From Zygophlyctis sp. KS116 (taxonomy: Eukaryota > Fungi > Chytridiomycota): a DNA stretch of 9,698 bases. How positions within the stretch are numbered: the first letter of the stretch is position 1; each line of letters begins with the position of its first letter. The position numbers and the translations under genes were made by a program. The DNA lies in assembly GCA_054661495.1 (NCBI GenBank), contig BAAFSQ010000344.1:1-9698 (forward strand). Direction: 5' to 3'. Positions 1 to 5,142 of this stretch are shown here, one piece after another. The notes under the pieces are model-generated. The model worked only from the letters and a program-made list of their open reading frames with translations. It searched no databases and was not told the origin of the DNA.

Positions 1-1
1 T

Positions 2-298
2 TGTCGACGGTAGGACACAGAAAAACCTAGAGATAGTACTAGAACTAATAGATTTGATTTATAATTCCAAAGATTGATAAAAGACTCAAGTAGACAATTA
101 AAAGCTAATTCCTAGTTGAGATTTATTCAGATAGAAGATAAACCACTAAAGAAAAGAACCCTCAAGCCACATGCAAAGGCCATTAAAAACCCCAGTCACA
201 AAACATCTGGGGAAAAGGTTACTTGCAAATATATGGGCTAGGAATCTACACCAGAGCCTTCCCCTGAATCCAAGTCCGAATTCACCTTATAGCCAACA
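2..298 (-). repeat. 3' LTR of element A (297 bp)
   Basis: Minus strand reads TGTTGGCTAT...CCGTCGACA. No mismatch seen by eye against 4569-4865. Preceded on the minus strand by the PPT. Confidence 0.97.
122..127 (-). terminator. Putative poly(A) signal AATAAA in the 3' LTR of A (5' LTR copy at 4689-4694)
   Basis: Plus strand TTTATT. It lies 20 nt downstream of the predicted R start (147 / 4714), consistent with a short R region. Confidence 0.55.
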
Positions 299-483
299 TC
301 ATCCTCCTCCTCCAGGAATGCTTTAGACCGATCCTCCTCGTTTGTATATTCAACGTTTAAGAAGTAATCTTCATCTTGGTTTAATCTGACATTCCAGGGA
401 GCCATATTGGCTTGATTCACTAAACTTTTAAGGATATTACCATTAGGATCCCGTAACCAGTATGTCGGGTAATAACCATAGCT
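238..483 (-). CDS. Out-of-frame (+1) C-terminal continuation of element A integrase: rest of the GPY/F module plus an acidic tail
   Basis: Frame reads SYGYYPTYWLRDPNGNILKSLVNQANMAPW...EEEDDVGYKVNSDLDSGEGSGVDS*. It aligns without gaps to element B SVGPHDSYILKRPNGELEPHSVNANHLAHY after the shared WxGPFII motif. Includes the listed 238..420 ORF. The stop lies inside the 3' LTR. Confidence 0.85.
   Translation of the reverse strand, partial: SYGYYPTYWLRDPNGNILKSLVNQANMAPWNVRLNQDEDYFLNVEYTNEEDRSKAFLEEEDDVGYKVNSDLDSGEGSGVDS
299..313 (-). other. Polypurine tract (PPT) of element A
   Basis: Minus strand GGAGGAGGAGGATGA directly abuts the TG start of the 3' LTR. Confidence 0.9.
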
Positions 484-3400
484 TATGGATAATAAATGGG
501 CCTTTCCAAGAGAATTGAAACTTTGTCTTCTGGAAATTCTTTATTTTAACCCAGTCGTCAATAGCAAAATAAAAATCTTTCGAGTTAGTATTGAATACCT
601 CCTTCTGAGCTTGAGTCCGCAAATAGGCTTGTCCTCTAGCAGCTCCAAGATCCTCCAATTCTCTATTCGTAAAACCTTCTACAGCCAGTCTTTCTTCCAC
701 TTCATCTAAGGGAGCCAATAATTGATCCGGAGGAGTAGAATCACCTGAGATACGAGGATGCAACCCAAATAAAACATAAAATGGAGACAACTTGGTCACC
801 GCATGAGTTCGCACCCGCATACCCCAGACTATTTCAGCTACATAATCATCCCAGCGATTAACTCTGGTTTGACACAAGGCACTAATTCCATGATTAATCA
901 TTGAATGCATTCTCTCCACGAGGCCATTAGTTGCCGGGTGATATGGAGACGTTTTCAAATGCTTGATTCGATGAATATTCAAAAACTCTTCAAATTCTTG
1001 AGACATAAAGTTAGCTCCCCTATCGGTGATCAATTCCGATGGACATCCAATAAAACAAATAATATGATGATAAAAGAATTGAATAACCGTAGTCGAGCTC
1101 ATATCCCTCACCGGCACTGCCCATACCCAGCGGGATGCATAATCAACACAAGTTATGCAATGCCGATTCCCTGATTTAGATAATGGTAAGTTAGATAAGA
1201 AATCCAATCCAAGTCGTTCAAACGGCAACGCAACGGGAGGAATAGGTTGCAAGGGAGGTTTTGGAGCACCACCTCGACTTCGGGCAAGTTGACAGTTTAC
1301 ACAGCTCTTCACATATTGCCTTAAATCACTCTGCAAGTTTGGCCAATAGTATCTTCTAACTATAAGATCTAAAATTGACTCGGCTCCCAAATGACCCAGA
1401 TTGTCGTGGAAACGAGCCAAGATTTCCTGTCGTTGATTTGCCGGAACATAAGCTCTCGGCCAACCTACTGGAGTAAGATAATATAACTTAGCTCCCATTA
1501 TTTTGAACTTTTCAATAAATCGTCTGAACTTTGAATATTCATGTTCTTGGCATTTCCACTCCTGATTCATTAGAAATTCAGCCACGTCTTCCGGCCAATC
1601 ATGAGTAGCAGATTCTATGACGTTCATTTCAACAAATTGTTTATCTTTTAGCAGTATGATTTCGCTACTATCTTGATTAGTAGTAGAAAAGGTAGGAGAC
1701 CTGCTAAGAGCGTCAGCTACCACATTGCTGACGCCCGAGATATGCTCGATAACAAAATCAAATTGAGATAACTCCTCGGCCCATCTGGCATGCCGAGGTT
1801 TGAATAAACGAGCAGTTCTAAAATACTTGAGATTATTGTGGTCAGACTTCACAATTATCTTCTCCTTAGAATACAACAAGAAGTGACGCCATTGCCTAAA
1901 CGACTCAACAATTGATAAAAGTTCTTTGTCGTAGACACTGTAATTCGTCTCTGCCGCTGAGAATTTCTTTGAAAAGAATTCGATTGGGCGAAAATTTTTA
2001 TCAGCGTCCATTTGGCTGAGAACCGAACCCAGGGCGAAGTCTGAAGCGTCACAAAAAATGTAAAATTTGCCGTCCGGATCTGGAAACTTCAACATAACAT
2101 CTTCTGCCACAGCCAGCTTTAAATCTTCAAATGCCTTAGTCTCTAATTCAGCCCATTTAAATTCTACAGATTTCTTTGTCAGCTGCGTCAATGGATATGC
2201 CAGACCGGAAAAGTTCTTGATGAACTTTCTATAGTAATTTACCAATCCCACAAAACTTCTGACTTCTTTGACGTTTCTTGGGGTCCCAAAATTCTTTATT
2301 GCCTGCATTTTATCTTTTTCCATCAAGATCCCTTCGGTAGTGATTCGATAGCCCAGATAAACCAATTCAGTAGAAAGGAAAGTACATTTCTCTAAGCTAA
2401 CAATCAAGTTATTTTGTTTTATCCTAGTAAAAACTTCTTTTAGGTGGAGCTCATGCTCCTCTACAGAGTTAGAGTAAATAAGGATATCGTCTAAGTAAAC
2501 TTCCAGGTAAATGTCGATCAAATCTCTAAATATAGAATTGACAAAGCGCATAAAGGCAGCAGGGGCATTGGTGAGCCCAAATTGCACAACCAGTGGTTCG
2601 AATTGCCCAAATTTACACCTGAAGGCTGCCTTGAATTCGTGGCCAGGACGAATCCGTACCAAATTGTAAGCGCCTCTAAGATCCACACTTGTAAATACCT
2701 TTGCATCCTTAAACTTAGATATCACATCAGACACCAGTGGAATTGGGTGACCATCCTTTATGGTATTGGCATTCAATTCCCTATAGTCTATGCAGGGACG
2801 TAGTTTTCCTGTCTTCTTCTTCACGAAGAATATCGGCGCTGCATAGGGACTACTACTTGGCCTTATAAAACCTTTAGCTAGATTATCATCAACCCACTTT
2901 CGCAGCTCCAACTCTTCATGATTCGACAAGGGATAAATTTTGAGGAAGGGAGGTGTAAGTTTTACATCTTTTAAGTTTATCTCCAAATCATATTCTCGTT
3001 CAGGGGGCAATGAATCCACCTCCTTCTCCAAACAAACAGATTCAAACTCCTTGATGATTTCAGGCAGAGAATACTCGTCCTTCGATTCATCCGTTTCGAT
3101 GGGACTCTCTTCTATAGGAACCTTCACACTACTATTCAGATTTTGTAGTAATAAATTGGAACTACGTTCCTTTATATTTAAATCACCTTGAGCCGCACTA
3201 AATTCGAGTTTCCTCGTACTCCAATCAATAGACGGATTAGCCTTAGACAACCAAGGGAGACCCAGAACAACATCAAACTTCAGACCTGGCACAATCATAA
3301 GATCCAAAGACACACGAGGGGCACCAGGAATGTCAATTAATCCAACAACTGTATCAGTCAGAGATTCGTTACAGTTGATTGTAGAACCATTTGCAAGGCG

Positions 3401-4519
3401 AACTTCCAAGTTATCAGGCAAACACGTTGTCGGCAAAAACATTGACTCCACAAATTCCTCAGAAACAAAATTACCAGTCGCCCCGCTATCCACCATAGCA
3501 CAGACAGGCACGTTCAGATCATCAATTATCATAAATGAAGACAAAGAAATCGTCTCCGCAGGACTCATAGCCGATATTTGAAGCATATTTAGACCGGGTT
3601 TGTTAAACTTATTTGATCTGCTAGGACAAGAAGCTAGCCTGTGGTCCTTATTGCCGCAGTAAAGACAGAGATTGTTATCCATCCGGTACTTCTTCTCTTC
3701 AGGGGTCAGCTTTTTAAATTTCTGAGGTTGCGCGGAATCCAGATCCATTGGAGTAGGACCCGGTGGAGGCCGCGAGAAGAATCTAGGGGTGGTAGAATAA
3801 TTCTTAACAGTACCTGACTTCTCGACCCGGCGATCATAAAGCCGTTGGTCGATCTTAACACACAGAGCTATATAATCTTCAAGATCATTTGGTTCATCCA
3901 GAGTATTGGCTAAGCGATCCTTTATATCCTCGTTCAGCCCCTTTCTGAAGAAGTTAATCAGAGCATCCTTATTAAATCCTGTATCGTTGGCGATACGTCT
4001 AAACTTAGTTGCATAAGAGAGACAAGATCCTTTCCCTTGTTTTAGTCTTCCCAGGGCATCTGCAGCATGACGCTGAGTATTTGGGTCCTCGAAAAATGCC
4101 TTGAATTCCAGGATAAAAGAAGAGTAATTCCTCAAGAGACCAGAGCGACGTTCCACAATGTCGCGGAACCAGGCCAATGCTTCGTGAGACAAAAGAGTAC
4201 CAATAAAGCGAGTTTTGATTTCATCATTGAAGTATTTTCCAGGCTGTAAAGCAAATAAGTTTTCTACTGAGAGTAAGAAATCTCTACAGCGACCAATAGA
4301 TCCATTATATCTTTCAGGTAAAGCGACATTTAAATTTGGATTAGCAGATCCAATAGATTCCAATTGTAGCAATCGCTGATTGAGGTTAAAGAGCAGATTT
4401 GAGAAATCAGAGTTCATAGGAGTGCCAGGTCGAGCACCACCAAGTCCAGCATCTTCAGAACGAGATCCGACAGGTGATGGAGCAGAACCTGCAACAAAAT
4501 TATCCAGATTATTTTCCAT
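443..4519 (-). CDS. gag-pol: Gag-Pol polyprotein of element A (1358 aa from the first ATG; about 1426 aa if the 3' frameshift is corrected)
   Basis: Sushi/PEG10-like capsid (LPERYNG...LSHEALAWF, QGKGSCLSYATKF, GPTPMDLD). CX2CX4HX4C knuckle CLYCGNKDHRLASC (3626-3667). Protease VDSGA (DSG 3482-3490). RT LRPCIDYRELN and YLDD (2486-2497). RNase H CDASDFA..DKELL..SDH..ADALSR. Integrase HDNLGH..CVNC, LDF/TDRG/VER, GPF (494-502). First ATG is at 4519; the 4585 start in the ORF track is a GTG inside the LTR. Confidence 0.95.
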   Translation of the reverse strand: MENNLDNFVAGSAPSPVGSRSEDAGLGGARPGTPMNSDFSNLLFNLNQRLLQLESIGSANPNLNVALPERYNGSIGRCRDFLLSVENLFALQPGKYFNDEIKTRFIGTLLSHEALAWFRDIVERRSGLLRNYSSFILEFKAFFEDPNTQRHAADALGRLKQGKGSCLSYATKFRRIANDTGFNKDALINFFRKGLNEDIKDRLANTLDEPNDLEDYIALCVKIDQRLYDRRVEKSGTVKNYSTTPRFFSRPPPGPTPMDLDSAQPQKFKKLTPEEKKYRMDNNLCLYCGNKDHRLASCPSRSNKFNKPGLNMLQISAMSPAETISLSSFMIIDDLNVPVCAMVDSGATGNFVSEEFVESMFLPTTCLPDNLEVRLANGSTINCNESLTDTVVGLIDIPGAPRVSLDLMIVPGLKFDVVLGLPWLSKANPSIDWSTRKLEFSAAQGDLNIKERSSNLLLQNLNSSVKVPIEESPIETDESKDEYSLPEIIKEFESVCLEKEVDSLPPEREYDLEINLKDVKLTPPFLKIYPLSNHEELELRKWVDDNLAKGFIRPSSSPYAAPIFFVKKKTGKLRPCIDYRELNANTIKDGHPIPLVSDVISKFKDAKVFTSVDLRGAYNLVRIRPGHEFKAAFRCKFGQFEPLVVQFGLTNAPAAFMRFVNSIFRDLIDIYLEVYLDDILIYSNSVEEHELHLKEVFTRIKQNNLIVSLEKCTFLSTELVYLGYRITTEGILMEKDKMQAIKNFGTPRNVKEVRSFVGLVNYYRKFIKNFSGLAYPLTQLTKKSVEFKWAELETKAFEDLKLAVAEDVMLKFPDPDGKFYIFCDASDFALGSVLSQMDADKNFRPIEFFSKKFSAAETNYSVYDKELLSIVESFRQWRHFLLYSKEKIIVKSDHNNLKYFRTARLFKPRHARWAEELSQFDFVIEHISGVSNVVADALSRSPTFSTTNQDSSEIILLKDKQFVEMNVIESATHDWPEDVAEFLMNQEWKCQEHEYSKFRRFIEKFKIMGAKLYYLTPVGWPRAYVPANQRQEILARFHDNLGHLGAESILDLIVRRYYWPNLQSDLRQYVKSCVNCQLARSRGGAPKPPLQPIPPVALPFERLGLDFLSNLPLSKSGNRHCITCVDYASRWVWAVPVRDMSSTTVIQFFYHHIICFIGCPSELITDRGANFMSQEFEEFLNIHRIKHLKTSPYHPATNGLVERMHSMINHGISALCQTRVNRWDDYVAEIVWGMRVRTHAVTKLSPFYVLFGLHPRISGDSTPPDQLLAPLDEVEERLAVEGFTNRELEDLGAARGQAYLRTQAQKEVFNTNSKDFYFAIDDWVKIKNFQKTKFQFSWKGPFIIHKLWLLPDILVTGS

Positions 4520-4554
4520 AGTAAGTTTAAAAGAATTCTTTAACAAAGATTTGA

Positions 4555-4564
4555 AGTGGTTTAT
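4555..4564 (-). other. Self-priming primer-binding site of A (ATAAACCACT)
   Basis: Begins after a 4-nt spacer (AAGT) following the 5' LTR end. No TGG tRNA-type motif. Exact reverse complement of AGTGGTTTAT at 4714-4705 (minus strand) in its own LTR. Confidence 0.85.
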
Positions 4565-4568
4565 ACTT

Positions 4569-4865
4569 TGTCGACGGTAGGACACAGAAAAACCTAGAGA
4601 TAGTACTAGAACTAATAGATTTGATTTATAATTCCAAAGATTGATAAAAGACTCAAGTAGACAATTAAAAGCTAATTCCTAGTTGAGATTTATTCAGATA
4701 GAAGATAAACCACTAAAGAAAAGAACCCTCAAGCCACATGCAAAGGCCATTAAAAACCCCAGTCACAAAACATCTGGGGAAAAGGTTACTTGCAAATATA
4801 TGGGCTAGGAATCTACACCAGAGCCTTCCCCTGAATCCAAGTCCGAATTCACCTTATAGCCAACA
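4569..4865 (-). repeat. 5' LTR of element A (297 bp)
   Basis: Identical by eye to 2-298. TG...CA ends. Followed on the minus strand by the PBS and the gag ATG. Confidence 0.97.
4705..4725 (-). promoter_or_regulatory. Predicted transcription start (about 4714) and self-primer of A, preceded by an 11-nt pyrimidine tract
   Basis: Minus strand TTCTTTTCTTT|AGTGGTTTAT. In Tf1-type priming the primer is the RNA 5' end, so the TSS position is inferred rather than observed. Confidence 0.65.
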
Positions 4866-4869
4866 TGAT
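4866..4869. other. 4-bp spacer TGAT between the two 5' LTRs (candidate target-site remnant or shared TSD)
   Basis: Junction ...GCCAACA|TGAT|TGTCAGT... Boundaries were fixed by comparing each LTR with its partner copy. Confidence 0.8.
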
Positions 4870-4987
4870 TGTCAGTAAGTGATTTCTTATGTCCCTATCA
4901 TGTTATAAGAATGATTTAATTCTTATTAAACTATAGGATATCACCTTATATGAATTATTACTAGTGAAGCTTATTAGGTCTGTGGCT

Positions 4988-5010
4988 GACGTGTTAGGTT
5001 GAAACACGTC
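4988..5010. repeat. 8-bp inverted repeat GACGTGTT-N7-AACACGTC in U3 of B (also 9562-9584)
   Basis: Perfect arms at 4988-4995 and 5003-5010, 15-37 nt upstream of the predicted TSS. Confidence 0.7.
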
Positions 5011-5013
5011 GGA

Positions 5014-5035
5014 CCTTTTCCTTTATAGCAAATAT
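5014..5035 (+). promoter_or_regulatory. Predicted transcription start (about 5025) and 11-nt self-primer of B, preceded by an 11-nt pyrimidine tract
   Basis: CCTTTTCCTTT|ATAGCAAATAT. 5025-5035 is the exact reverse complement of the PBS at 5127-5137. Confidence 0.7.
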
Positions 5036-5089
5036 CAATAAAGATATTTGATTATAAAGGTAATACAATAAAGATATTTGATTATAAAG
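5036..5089 (+). repeat. 24-bp direct repeat x2 (30-bp period) in the B LTR, each copy carrying AATAAA (also 9610-9663)
   Basis: CAATAAAGATATTTGATTATAAAG at 5036-5059 and 5066-5089, separated by GTAATA. Confidence 0.95.
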
Positions 5090-5126
5090 TGTGTATCTGA
5101 GATAACTTAGTTTTACATCTCACAGA

Positions 5127-5137
5127 ATATTTGCTAT
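5127..5137 (+). other. Self-priming primer-binding site of B (ATATTTGCTAT)
   Basis: Begins after a 2-nt spacer (GA) following the 5' LTR end. 11 of 11 complementary to 5025-5035. No TGG tRNA-type motif. Confidence 0.9.
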
Positions 5138-5142
5138 CTACT

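Larger units (their letters stand above)
2..4865 (-). mobile_element. Full-length Ty3/Gypsy LTR retrotransposon 'A' (Tf1/sushi-like self-priming type), 4864 bp
   Basis: 297-bp direct repeats at 2-298 and 4569-4865 with TG...CA termini. Internal ORF has the domain order Gag-PR-RT-RH-IN (Gypsy order). PPT lies next to the 3' LTR and a self-complementary PBS next to the 5' LTR. Confidence 0.97.
4870..5124 (+). repeat. 5' LTR of element B (255 bp)
   Basis: Identical by eye to 9444-9698. Terminal inverted match TGTCAG / TGTGAG (5 of 6). Confidence 0.97.

Noticed and set aside
238-420. Separate 60-aa acidic gene
   Set aside because: It starts at GTG and is the frameshifted integrase C-terminus.
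485-4580. Short antisense or alternate-frame ORFs within element A (60-89 aa)
   Set aside because: Shadow ORFs overlapping gag-pol with no recognisable motifs.
4520-4585. ORF-track start of A at 4585 (and of B at 5131)
   Set aside because: These are GTG/TTG codons within the LTR or PBS. The first ATGs are at 4519 and 5143.
4866-4869. Spacer as two ligated, unprocessed 2-bp cDNA end extensions
   Set aside because: PPT-side extensions predict TC (from A, 299-300) plus GC (from B, 9442-9443), giving TCGC. The observed spacer is TGAT.
4849-4950. Shared 10-mer TCACCTTATA in both LTRs (4849-4858 and 4941-4950)
   Set aside because: Opposite orientation relative to each element, different position and AT-rich, so compatible with chance. 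Too far from the junction to be a TSD.
5036-5089. CRISPR-like repeat
   Set aside because: Only two copies with a 6-bp spacer, inside a eukaryotic LTR, with no cas genes.
5125-5142. tRNA-type PBS (also 4550-4568)
   Set aside because: No TGG complementary to tRNA CCA next to either 5' LTR. Self-complementarity explains both sites.
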